Origin: a virus
Taxonomy: Duplodnaviria > Caudoviricetes
IMG/VR virus record: IMGVR_UViG_3300012936_000011
Coordinates: 1-62,754 of that record
DNA length: 62,754 bases
Strand: one strand, 5' to 3'
The notes beneath the pieces were generated by a model. It did not search any database, had not been told where the DNA came from, and saw only the letters and a list, made by a program, of their open reading frames with translations. Numbering within the stretch: the stretch's first letter is position 1; the number at the start of each line of letters is the position of its first letter. Positions 38,101 through 45,381 of this stretch are shown here, piece after piece. The translations under genes and the position numbers were made by a program.

Positions 38101-38735
38101 CCGGTATTGGAGTACAAAGTGCTTCAGGAAATTATTTTCCAGCAGGTACTACAATAACTTCAATATCAAGTTACACATGGAGCTCAAATGGTTTCGGCAA
38201 TGTAAGACACATCTTTACTTCTTCTGCTCCTACTTCAAACGTAACAGGTGATGTTCCAATAGTGCTTTCAAAAACATTTAAAGGTGCACCTACTAATAAT
38301 ATTTTCTTTGAAAAAACCGATTATGATAGTGCTGGTGTTGTACAAGGTACAGTTGTTAGTGATTCAAGATTCCCTGCAGGAACACAGGTTTCTACAGTAT
38401 CATTAAGGACTTATGGTGCTACACAATATTATGATGTTACATTTAACCAGTCAACAGATAACCAAGCAATAACCGCTGGTACTACAGACATAGAATTTGA
38501 GTTTGTGCAACCTCCATATGCACAACCAGGAGAAACTATCTTCTCATTTATTGCACAGCCTGGAGAAAGATCAACATTGGATCTTGCATTTATTAAAGAA
38601 TTAACAAATACTACCTTAGGTGGTAGAGGTACTTTCCCGAATGGACCAGACGTATTAGCAATTAACGTTTATAAAACAAGTGGTTTAGATATTAACGCCA
38701 ATATTGTTTTAAGATGGTCAGAAGCACAGGCTTAA
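32124..38735 (+). CDS. Giant virion structural protein with two phycobiliprotein-like helical domains and five beta-sandwich repeats
   Basis: 2203 aa, Gly/Thr/Ser-rich. DKCERDMGY and AVERDTG..V...DM.YGGN helical domains; five G..Y.VGD.I.I.G..LGG....ND repeats. Confidence 0.75.
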   Translation: MAKRKINDYIFHTGIPYSENRRPNAYYLIQNNVEFLKDETRAYINAEIAIAVQYTPTGAVYEPTTGDLTITLGSGHNLNPGSFIKISDGALTFTPALNIPATKIWLVKSVTADSVTINIPPNDVTARTFSSAASNGVENVFYNYTNDSNDKCERDMGYNLIGGDPKNPVQDQPGGLLFDLRYNGNEQARYLASTYWDGAIPQIDGDRNPERAAKQFCAWLIKNYILDNVAYTTKQSPVVTTQHINTEYVAESSADAQVDKVLTDTIGEVIYFGTDVMPDFHRAEISRAIFPTKVTQDNLLLITDTTVNSVLFNFSDGSKGADVKYAYESVEFTPTYFYFQKFLETTDTITQVLFDTSTETEEFLQNARTLLSNNKEFVKDEVRAWVADQVTNASAGSIWQGYTYSGPAVERDTGLNVDNIIADMQYGGNKNVRLKAAQYWKGPTPQITGSREPEIAYNNFMRDLINNYILKKLVYPTKQTGTPETTQYFLGFDSELGADTRVTESVKIITDVIQNGLEFLPSENAPIVWNENDTLQIFVDQGDLKTRPYDFGTDAIERQRVANSLSMLDADFEYGLQPTKWQAIGTMRGYPSTYEVPGTDTAVASVTTDASTGSSGVGQSLISVTTVGPHGVEAGNPITIRGLDGSVAGNGRAEGTFIVNTVQDNTTFTYYAKAKVGVSAGTTLQTFYTILRQAAFYTGAAIQGDTPSFAITTQGSSGSFTLALGVDTGEDRLAFTGTAPNIGAPLQAVGGGIPLGSQVTGITGTGSIITTPVLTSDIAQGSFTVAVEDSAAVQVGSAIDRGDGVAAFVTNVVGNDLTISSATSRTLVGNTVLYQGLTGTNDTSIGNGASFDVTRTNGVYSTVLNASGQDYKVGDRIIISGGQLGGLDTTNDLKILVDTVDTGGEITGFTESGTGFDGTGSFFGLSGELQGNIGANPVFDITYTNNAYTVSVASPDTSQNYTVGDRIKIDGFELGGQSVTNDCFVTVTGVGAGGAITSVTSSGTAVDADVSYSSPPKTTTTVSGVDADFNIQRIGTAYTINLTNAGSGYLASETFTVLGSDVGGVDGVNNVTIQITTVDAGGAITGTNVTGTANNSKTYGYVNLGTNVIGSGAQFQIDLATGTYTINIESAGSNYGVDQEILVRGTDVSGASPDNDITITITSVNPSDNGISGISFTGTGATGSGSYVNIQGNNDSNSGSNATFDITRSGGTYSLVVATDDGSSYQVGDRIVIPGDQLGGQTPTNDLVLRTTLESTEGNFIGIDAQGTAVAGETLNLYSALTMTEETTSAINQATVITYSALASVRVTFGTPHGLVPGDSFAITISSDDGVNNHALAAGPFSATAVPSATQLEYQCRSPGFIDTTSDQQITGNVYPRPDSFFIHRPYDGGVQLGTGGPQHGAQAIRQSKKYIRYQSGKGIMYTTGALFAPSYNILTITADGNTPGSIITVTTDETEHGLQVGGGIKLIGIDTVGYNGDYIVSDVNDENTFEVVASTALGSLTPEISSEAQVSLRTFHGATVRSGAFDDQNGIFFEYDGTQFSAVQRTATLQLAGVVDIDVDSNTCTGVGTRFREQLKAGDRIVLKGMTHVVTTVVSNTSMYLAPDFRGVTDVRASKICLVRDKKTEQKDFNRDRGDGTGPSGYNIDISKMQMVGIQYSWYGAGFIDYMLRGADGNFVFMHRMRNSNVNTEAFMRTGNMPVRYEITNEGPVGKLAKDITSTDTTIPLQDASFFPPEGGTVYIDAEMIRFTGIDGKNLTGCTRQTTMTNFAAGATRTYTGGTADSHTRNTGVVLISNTASPNISHWGSAFITDGGFDSDRGYLFSYKSTGVEVSTTRNSSFLLRLAPSVSNALVGDLGERELLNRAQLLLEGLEITTDPPQASDTGGIIVEGILNPQNYPLNPNDVGWQGLSGLAQGGQPSFAQIAPGGSVNWNSGDVPVTAQVTTQAPITANVIAKDRGYSASNRYWDNGLTNGRNRFFVLDSFYQANQALFEPGIGVQSASGNYFPAGTTITSISSYTWSSNGFGNVRHIFTSSAPTSNVTGDVPIVLSKTFKGAPTNNIFFEKTDYDSAGVVQGTVVSDSRFPAGTQVSTVSLRTYGATQYYDVTFNQSTDNQAITAGTTDIEFEFVQPPYAQPGETIFSFIAQPGERSTLDLAFIKELTNTTLGGRGTFPNGPDVLAINVYKTSGLDINANIVLRWSEAQA
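34640..35930 (+). repeat. Five tandem ~90-aa repeats in the 2203-aa protein
   Basis: GQDYKVGDRIII, SQNYTVGDRIKI, GSGYLASETFTV, GSNYGVDQEILV, GSSYQVGDRIVI. Boundaries approximate. Confidence 0.7.
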
Positions 38736-38769
38736 TTTTCTATTAAGCCATACATCGAAAGGATATCCA

Positions 38770-38949
38770 ATGCGTAGAGGACAAGGTAAAGACGTCGCGG
38801 AATATATCGAAGTACGTATTCAACAAATCAAAGAAGATATGGACAAAGCAACAGATCCATATGATAAACAATGGTATAATAGAATTATATCTGAATTAAA
38901 TTGGGCAAGAAGTCCACATCACAACTGTTATATTGAATACGAACGTTAA
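38770..38949 (+). CDS. Small hypothetical protein (59 aa), absent from the ORF track
   Basis: My translation: MRRGQGKDVAEYIEVRIQQIKEDMDKATDPYDKQWYNRIISELNWARSPHHNCYIEYER*. SD-like AAGGA upstream; fills the gap exactly. Confidence 0.6.
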   Translation: MRRGQGKDVAEYIEVRIQQIKEDMDKATDPYDKQWYNRIISELNWARSPHHNCYIEYER

Positions 38950-39362
38950 TCAAGTTTAACGTCTGATGGAATATCTGGAGCCTTTGGCTTTTCTTTGGAT
39001 TTTTGACTGTCACCTGGAATAATCCTGTAATTATCTTCCACAGAATCAGGCGTACTTACTTCACTTACACTGCTGTTATCAACTAATGCTGTAAGTTGAT
39101 GTGGTTGTAATGGAGGATTGTGCCAAACATCACCAACATTCAACTCTTTCTGATAAAGTACAGCGTCTTTTGTGTCAATCCATGCTACTTGAAACTTACC
39201 TGCATTGACAAACCAAGTTTCATCCTTCTCTTTATGGAAATGCATGGAGAATTTATTGCCTGCTTTTTCAAATACCATAATTTTTCCACAATATTTGTCG
39301 TTGGTTGCCCATATTAATTCGTAACCCCAACCTTTATCAACTTTACCTTCAAGTCGGCTCAT
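38946..39362 (-). CDS. Cupin-domain protein (sugar-phosphate isomerase-like)
   Basis: KGWGYE.IW, SMHFH..K.ETW, PH metal-binding cupin motifs. Confidence 0.75.
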   Translation of the reverse strand: MSRLEGKVDKGWGYELIWATNDKYCGKIMVFEKAGNKFSMHFHKEKDETWFVNAGKFQVAWIDTKDAVLYQKELNVGDVWHNPPLQPHQLTALVDNSSVSEVSTPDSVEDNYRIIPGDSQKSKEKPKAPDIPSDVKLD

Positions 39363-40060
39363 TTTTTACTCCATTTATCTTTAAATTTTTTATATGCGCC
39401 TCTAAATTTACTTTGAAAAATCATATTACTAACAAAACTTGCACGATATTTGTCTTCGTCCTCGTCTTGCACAGTAGTTTCCAAGTCTGTAAGTTTAATT
39501 GGAACATACATTGCCAAAGGTGTACCTTTTTCAATTAAAAATTCACCTTCTTTTTTAATTAGCAGTTGTTGATTAATCTGATGACTCCATTCGGTATGTG
39601 TTACACCAGGCATACATTCAAATATTTCATTAAATTCATAAAACATTGGTAATTGCATCATTGCCCAACCTGGACTTGTACGCACACGCCAAGGACAATC
39701 AGTTTTTGCAACCACTAAAAACTTATTTTTCACATTTTCAGGTAAATGATCTCTAAACTGATTACCATAATGTAAACTCATTGTAAAATCTTCATTGCTT
39801 GAATGCCATGCAAAGTTTTCTTTATCTATTTTTAAATGAAAATCACACCACATAGTAACAACATAGGCATTTTTATAGTAATCAACAAAGCCTGGACAAT
39901 TTTTTAAGGTGCCTTTATCTTTGAAGTTGTCTTCCTCGAGAAATTTAGGCATATCTTTAAACCATGTAGGTATAAATTTGGTTGCATTCTGTACTGGCTC
40001 TACTTTTGCCAGTCCGGGCACTACACTCCACCATTCAACTTTACAATTATTTTGACTCAT
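39359..40060 (-). CDS. Conserved phage hypothetical protein (possible dUTPase-like beta-clip fold)
   Basis: 233 aa; K.CPG..D, PW...T.PGW, PG...T, I.KGTPLA motifs; overlapping start/stop coupling with both neighbours. Confidence 0.5.
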   Translation of the reverse strand: MSQNNCKVEWWSVVPGLAKVEPVQNATKFIPTWFKDMPKFLEEDNFKDKGTLKNCPGFVDYYKNAYVVTMWCDFHLKIDKENFAWHSSNEDFTMSLHYGNQFRDHLPENVKNKFLVVAKTDCPWRVRTSPGWAMMQLPMFYEFNEIFECMPGVTHTEWSHQINQQLLIKKEGEFLIEKGTPLAMYVPIKLTDLETTVQDEDEDKYRASFVSNMIFQSKFRGAYKKFKDKWSKK

Positions 40061-40871
40061 GTATCCATTCTTGTGGTCTTATAAAACTGTGATCTATGTG
40101 ATCCAGTAATTTTTTATTGTTACTGCAAGTATATGCTTGGTAATGACTTTTTAAGTTGTCTGGCATTGGAATAATTTCTATAGTTGCATTGTATTTTTTT
40201 GCAACAGTATCTGCAATAGTTTTAAAACTGGTTGCGGTGCCAGTTCCTAAGTTAAAAATACCACTTACGTCTTGTTCTAACATTTTTTCATGCACCAAAC
40301 ATACGTCTTGTACACTTATAAAATCACGTAGATAGTTTTCGCTATTCTCAAACAATTTTATTACGCCTGTTTCTTTTGCTTGTTTGGTAAATTTAGTAAT
40401 TGGACTTGCTTGATTACCTTTATGGTCTTCATAATTACCATATACATTGAAATAACGGAAACCTTGTATGTTAATTTTAAAGTCATTAGCATAATCTCTA
40501 ACCCATCTATCAATAAGGTACTTACTCCAAGCATAAGCATTCATAGGATAACACATACTGTCCTCAGAAAAGCCGTCTGTACCATGTCCATACACACTTG
40601 CCGAACTTGAGAACTGCAAACTGGTACCCATCATGTCACAAATTTCAATTAATTTCATTGTCCATTCGTAATTTTGTTTCAGTATTTTTTCAACATCTGT
40701 TTCTGTTGTGCTTGAAATAGCACCACAGTGAATAACACGGTCATATTTTTGTGCATCTGGAAATCTGTTTTCTTGCCATTCCCAACCTTCAACTTCGTGT
40801 CCTTTGTATTGTAGATAAGAGGCAATATTTTTGCCAATAAATCCTTCATGTCCTGTAACTAATATTTTCAT
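40047..40871 (-). CDS. hldD: ADP-L-glycero-D-manno-heptose 6-epimerase-like extended SDR
   Basis: ILVTG..GFIG, GAISSTTE.D, SSASVYG, P.NAYAWSK (YxxxK), FRYFNVYG..E.HKG.QAS, RDFI.V.D, YQ.YT; directly downstream of hldE. Confidence 0.85.
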   Translation of the reverse strand: MKILVTGHEGFIGKNIASYLQYKGHEVEGWEWQENRFPDAQKYDRVIHCGAISSTTETDVEKILKQNYEWTMKLIEICDMMGTSLQFSSSASVYGHGTDGFSEDSMCYPMNAYAWSKYLIDRWVRDYANDFKINIQGFRYFNVYGNYEDHKGNQASPITKFTKQAKETGVIKLFENSENYLRDFISVQDVCLVHEKMLEQDVSGIFNLGTGTATSFKTIADTVAKKYNATIEIIPMPDNLKSHYQAYTCSNNKKLLDHIDHSFIRPQEWIHESK

Positions 40872-42130
40872 ACTTGCTTTTGTTTCTTTATTTCATCAAT
40901 TAATTGTGTTGTTGATACATTTTCTATATATGGAAAAATTTTAGTTGGAAATAATTCATGTCCTACTACAGTATCAATTGTATAATCACCACCTTTTATT
41001 ACCAAACCAGGATTTACTTTTTTAAGTGCTTCTAATGGAGTGTCTTCATCGAATATGATTACTTCATCAACCCATGGTAATAACTCTAAATTCATTTTTC
41101 TTTGTAGTTGTGTGTTTATAGGTCTGTCTTCGCCCTTCAATCTTTTAGTACTTGCATCACTGTTTATACCTACTACTAATTTTTGTCCTTGTTGGCTTGC
41201 AAATTTAAGTAATTTAAAATGTCCTTCATGTAAAATATCAAACACACCATTAGTCCAAACAACTTTAGGCTTTAAATCTTCTTGTGTTATTGTAACAACA
41301 CCTCTACGTTCAACACTTCTTGCCGCGGCGTAACAAGCAAGTTTACAGGTTTCAAAAATATTCCAACCTTGTTCTACACCATATGCGATCACAGCAAGTA
41401 CAGTATCTCCTGCACCTGTAACATCTGCAACTTCTTTTACTTCTTCTTTAAAATGTTGGTATTCTCCAGCAATGTTTAAAACGTGCATTCCGTTTTTACC
41501 ATCAGTAACTACTAACCATTTCCAATCATGTTCTTTCATTGCAAATAAAGCAACTTCCCTGTTAAATTTTCCAAACCATTCTTTATATTCTTTCATGTTA
41601 GGTTTTACAAGAAATGCACCTTTGTAAAATTCTGATTCTTGTTTAGGATCTACTAAAACTGTTGGGGTTTTTTCAAGTATTTTTGCTACTGTATCTTTGC
41701 GAACAGTGCCTTTATTGTAATCACTTACACAAACAATATCATCTTCTTTTAAACTTGTAACTAATCTTTCTTGTGCTGAAGTCCATTTGTATTTTTCTTC
41801 TCTATCCCACCTCATAATATGTTGACCACCTTGACCAACAAGTCTTGTTTTTGTTGTGGTAACATTTGCGTCAGAAGTAGTGCTTACATTAAGTTTGGTT
41901 TTTTCTAAAATTTCAAGAAGTTTGTAACCGTCTTTATCTTGTCCTATTGCACCATATAAATCTACTTCTCCGTTGACAGAAGAAATGTTTAGTGCAAGAT
42001 TACCTGCACCACCTACACTGTATTTTTGACCTTTTTCTTTAAGAATTGGAACTGGTGCTTCTGGACTTATTCTTTTAGCGGAACCATAAATCCAGCGATC
42101 TAACATTATGTCGCCATACACTTTGATCAT
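40868..42130 (-). CDS. hldE: Bifunctional heptose-7-phosphate kinase / heptose-1-phosphate adenylyltransferase
   Basis: GDIMLDRW..G...RISPEAPVP, GGAGN.A, SDYNKG, VDPK, DVTGAGDTV (PfkB kinase) fused to TNGVFDILHEGH...GINSD.S..RLKG..RP, KGGDY. Confidence 0.93.
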   Translation of the reverse strand: MIKVYGDIMLDRWIYGSAKRISPEAPVPILKEKGQKYSVGGAGNLALNISSVNGEVDLYGAIGQDKDGYKLLEILEKTKLNVSTTSDANVTTTKTRLVGQGGQHIMRWDREEKYKWTSAQERLVTSLKEDDIVCVSDYNKGTVRKDTVAKILEKTPTVLVDPKQESEFYKGAFLVKPNMKEYKEWFGKFNREVALFAMKEHDWKWLVVTDGKNGMHVLNIAGEYQHFKEEVKEVADVTGAGDTVLAVIAYGVEQGWNIFETCKLACYAAARSVERRGVVTITQEDLKPKVVWTNGVFDILHEGHFKLLKFASQQGQKLVVGINSDASTKRLKGEDRPINTQLQRKMNLELLPWVDEVIIFDEDTPLEALKKVNPGLVIKGGDYTIDTVVGHELFPTKIFPYIENVSTTQLIDEIKKQKQV

Positions 42131-42131
42131 T

Positions 42132-42569
42132 TTATTCCTCTAATAAGTTAACTAACTCAAATACTGTTTCTAATTTTGTAATGTTGGTTTTATTTTGCAA
42201 AGTGTTACGTAATCCTTGGTGTAAAGGCTTTGGCCATTTACCAAAACTTGCCCAAGCATAACCATCATGTTCTTCGTTAAGGTCTGGTAAAAATTCATCT
42301 TTTACTACAACAAGGTATGTGTGAAAATTAAACTTCTCGTCTGAACTTATGAAAGTTTCTAATGGAATGTGTTTTACAATATTTGGTACTTCACCAATTT
42401 CTTCTTTGATTTCTCTGCTTAATGCAGAGAACGGTGTTTCATTGGTCGTATTTTTACCACCAACTAATCCCCAAACATTGTTTTGTTTGGTTTGTGTTCT
42501 ATGTAAGAATAGAAATCTTCGAGTTTTAAGGGCGTAGAATAGTGCGCCACTACACGTAATCTTCTGCAT
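42132..42569 (-). CDS. NUDIX hydrolase
   Basis: Nudix box GGKNTTNETPFSALSREIKEEIG. Confidence 0.85.
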   Translation of the reverse strand: MQKITCSGALFYALKTRRFLFLHRTQTKQNNVWGLVGGKNTTNETPFSALSREIKEEIGEVPNIVKHIPLETFISSDEKFNFHTYLVVVKDEFLPDLNEEHDGYAWASFGKWPKPLHQGLRNTLQNKTNITKLETVFELVNLLEE

Positions 42570-42578
42570 ACATATAAT

Positions 42579-42586
42579 TATTTAAA
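42579..42586 (-). promoter_or_regulatory. Late promoter variant TTTAAATA (minus strand) upstream of NUDIX-hldE-hldD
   Basis: TAAATA overlapping the gp15 stop, 9 nt before the ATG at 42569; no SD. Confidence 0.45.
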
Positions 42587-44000
42587 ATTGTATGCGCCAG
42601 GTTCCGTTTCGATATTCACCTTCAAAGGAAAGTATCCATTCACTGCCTGTCCATTTATATTGAACACCAGTATTTAGATTGGTTGTGTATTTGACTTCTT
42701 TTTCTGTACTTGCATCAAATAGAATAACCCATTTAGAGCCATCCCATTCAACAATATCATTTTCACTTGCAACAAAGTCAGTATTGTCAGAAGCCTTCCA
42801 AGCATCAGCACCATCTACGTTGTTAATATCACCAATACCGCCTGTTAGTAAAATTCTTGTACCTTGTTTTTTCACTGTTGTTGGATTAAATGTTTTAGGA
42901 TCTATGATAAAATCAATTTTATTTCTATCACCTGTTGAACCATTTATAATTGTATCACTTGGAATAGTGTCTTGATCCCAAGTTATAGATAATTTTGTTT
43001 CGTCAGTTGCGTTGACTGCAACTGCACCATTTATACTTTGTGGTAAGTCTTGTCTTACAAGTTGTAGTTGACTTAACCCTGCACTAAAATCTCCAGGTAG
43101 TGCTTCTAAGAATCCATTCCAGTTAGTGTTACCAACGACACCTTTGTGTATTAGTTGTGCCTCATTACCTAACACAAGTAAATCATAGTCGTTGTATGCT
43201 GTAATAGATAAACCTGCTGTATCGGCTTTATCAGCAGTTTTGTCTTTGTCTTTTTGGTATGGACGTTCTCCATGTTCGTCGTTGTATGCTTTAAGTTCTG
43301 GAAAACTTTTTCCTAAGTCGATAGTTCCTGTTTCTTCATTAAAAATACTCATTATTACACTTGTAATTACACCAAGTTTTTTAACCTTTGCAGGAGGACT
43401 TATAAAGATAGGTGTTTTAAATCCTAATGTTGCTACATCTATTTCTGATTCTGTACCAACTGGTATACTTCTTCCACTAAAGTTAACAGTTTCTAATTCA
43501 ACTACACTTAAACTTGTCCAGTCTACGTAGTTGTCTGTTGTTTGTATTTCTAAACTTGGATTAAACAGCATTAATATCTGTTCCATAATTTGTAATTTTT
43601 GATCTGTGTTAGTTGACCATATATCAGCATTGACTGTAAGCGAATATGGTGTAGGTGCTAAACGTTCTACAGTAACATTTTTACCTTGTGTGTTTAAATA
43701 TTCTTTGCCGGTATCATCGTATGCACGTTCACGTAAATGTACTTTACCTGTGTAAGTAGCATCCATAAGTCTATCACGATCCATTTCTAATCCAGTCATG
43801 TATACTGCAATACGTGGGGCACTCGGAACTTTGTTTTCTGAATTGTCCCTCATTATGTGTCCTACTTGTCTTGTAATGTCTCCATACATCACAGGTATTT
43901 GCACAAGTTTACCATCACCGTCTTTATAAGAAAAATTACTCATCAGTCTTATCAACTGAGTAATATATCTTCTTATTTGTCCGTCATAAAAATGTTGCAT
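42582..44000 (-). CDS. gp15: Tail terminator / proximal sheath stabiliser (T4 gp15-like) with a C-terminal extension
   Basis: HFYDGQIRRYI.Q...F, IPV.YG, PRIA, PTPY.L...DIW..N.DQ.LQI.EQIL..FNP; follows the gp14-like gene. Confidence 0.75.
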   Translation of the reverse strand: MQHFYDGQIRRYITQLIRLMSNFSYKDGDGKLVQIPVMYGDITRQVGHIMRDNSENKVPSAPRIAVYMTGLEMDRDRLMDATYTGKVHLRERAYDDTGKEYLNTQGKNVTVERLAPTPYSLTVNADIWSTNTDQKLQIMEQILMLFNPSLEIQTTDNYVDWTSLSVVELETVNFSGRSIPVGTESEIDVATLGFKTPIFISPPAKVKKLGVITSVIMSIFNEETGTIDLGKSFPELKAYNDEHGERPYQKDKDKTADKADTAGLSITAYNDYDLLVLGNEAQLIHKGVVGNTNWNGFLEALPGDFSAGLSQLQLVRQDLPQSINGAVAVNATDETKLSITWDQDTIPSDTIINGSTGDRNKIDFIIDPKTFNPTTVKKQGTRILLTGGIGDINNVDGADAWKASDNTDFVASENDIVEWDGSKWVILFDASTEKEVKYTTNLNTGVQYKWTGSEWILSFEGEYRNGTWRIQF

Positions 44001-44170
44001 TATTTTTTACACCCACAATCATTAAGGAAGAAATGTACAACTGCCATTGTAAACCACATCCATGTCATTTCACTAATACCAAATAAACTATTTCCATGCA
44101 TACCCATATCTTTTGCTAAAAAAATTACGCCAAAAATTCCAAAAATTAATCCTGCTATATTGTGTTTCAT
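44000..44170 (-). CDS. Small two-TM membrane protein (56 aa), absent from the ORF track
   Basis: My translation: MKHNIAGLIFGIFGVIFLAKDMGMHGNSLFGISEMTWMWFTMAVVHFFLNDCGCKK*. TAATG overlaps at both ends couple it to gp14 and gp15. Confidence 0.7.
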   Translation of the reverse strand: MKHNIAGLIFGIFGVIFLAKDMGMHGNSLFGISEMTWMWFTMAVVHFFLNDCGCKK

Positions 44171-45333
44171 TAATTATCCGCCTTAGGTTTTAGTGCTTGA
44201 CTTAAACTTTGTCTTTCTTTAATAGTTTCACCACCAATAGTAGTTGATGTTGTATTATTAATATGTGATGTTTTGTAAGTTTGTCTATCGTTTGTATTAG
44301 TCATAGTCATACGTACATTGTCTTCTTGTTTGACCCAACGTGTACCGTCGTATCTAAATAATCTATTTGGCATAAAATCTGTCCTTAAGAAAAAATCTCC
44401 TTTTGCCTGTGATAAAGGAAATGAACTACCAAAGCCAAATTCTTCACCGTTAGCAGGAATACCATCACCTATTAAGTAACCTTGATAACCTTCTCTTTCA
44501 GGCGTTTGATTTACTCTACTTGCATCTAAGTTTCCGCTGTTTACACTTGCATCAATTTGAGTTTCATCAGCAGTAACAAGTTCTGGTTTGCCTTCTTTGT
44601 CAACTTGCAGTGTATATAGATGTGAAGTATCATAACCTGACTTAGGTGCATCTGCTTCTGCTTGTTGTATAATAGCATTATTAACTTGCATTTCTTTTTC
44701 GTAGTTAGAAAGCACATCACGTAGTGTTTGTGAACTGCCTTCTTCTGCCGGTAAATCAAGTATTTCTTTGAATTCTTGTGAGTCAACTATTTGTTTAAGT
44801 TTTACTCTATATAAGTGCGGATACCAACTTTGTGAAAATCCTTCTGCCGCTCTGTTTACATCTTCAACTACATAAAATCTCTTAAGTGCAACGTTATGAT
44901 CATTCAATGCGTGTTCATCTATTAAGTGTGGTAATTCAAATACATCACCTGCCATTACTTTTCTACCAAGAGTGTTAACACTATAGTTGATAGGTATTGT
45001 CATAAACAATGTATCATTTGTAAGAAACAGTCCAAATTGACTCATATCAAAGTCAACATCTTGTACGTTGTAGATTCCGCGTAATACGTAAATGTCTGGA
45101 TCATACTTTCTATCACGGTTTTCCATGAAAAGCATATCCTGAATATTAGTTTCTTTTACAGCATCGTATTTTGGCTGAGTAGGAGTTGCGTCTGCTTCAT
45201 CAGGATTTTTTGGTCCTAAATACTTGTGTACAAATACGTCTGTTCCGCCCACAGTGAACATTTCCGTGATAGTTTTATCAAGGAATCTGTAGTCTTCGCC
45301 TCTCTCTGGCTTATATAAACTGATTCTCGGCAT
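44170..45333 (-). CDS. gp14: Neck protein / head closure (T4 gp14-like)
   Basis: LFMENRDRKYD, FDMSQFGLFL.ND, GRK.M.GDV.ELPH. I place the start at MPRISLY (45333), 8 nt after a late promoter, rather than at 45357. Confidence 0.7.
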   Translation of the reverse strand: MPRISLYKPERGEDYRFLDKTITEMFTVGGTDVFVHKYLGPKNPDEADATPTQPKYDAVKETNIQDMLFMENRDRKYDPDIYVLRGIYNVQDVDFDMSQFGLFLTNDTLFMTIPINYSVNTLGRKVMAGDVFELPHLIDEHALNDHNVALKRFYVVEDVNRAAEGFSQSWYPHLYRVKLKQIVDSQEFKEILDLPAEEGSSQTLRDVLSNYEKEMQVNNAIIQQAEADAPKSGYDTSHLYTLQVDKEGKPELVTADETQIDASVNSGNLDASRVNQTPEREGYQGYLIGDGIPANGEEFGFGSSFPLSQAKGDFFLRTDFMPNRLFRYDGTRWVKQEDNVRMTMTNTNDRQTYKTSHINNTTSTTIGGETIKERQSLSQALKPKADN

Positions 45334-45341
45334 AGTACTTG

Positions 45342-45362
45342 TATTTATCGTTCGCATAAATA
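45342..45362. promoter_or_regulatory. Back-to-back divergent late promoters (GATAAATA minus 45342-45349; CATAAATA plus 45355-45362)
   Basis: Sequence TATTTATCGTTCGCATAAATA lies between the divergent gp14 and gp13 genes. Confidence 0.65.
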
Positions 45363-45381
45363 CTAATGGAGACGTTGAAAT

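Noticed and set aside
25186-42569. Bacterial LPS locus, chimeric contig or prophage boundary
   Set aside because: The enzyme genes are interleaved with or coupled to phage structural genes and share the phage promoters and codon style. No integrase or host housekeeping gene is present.
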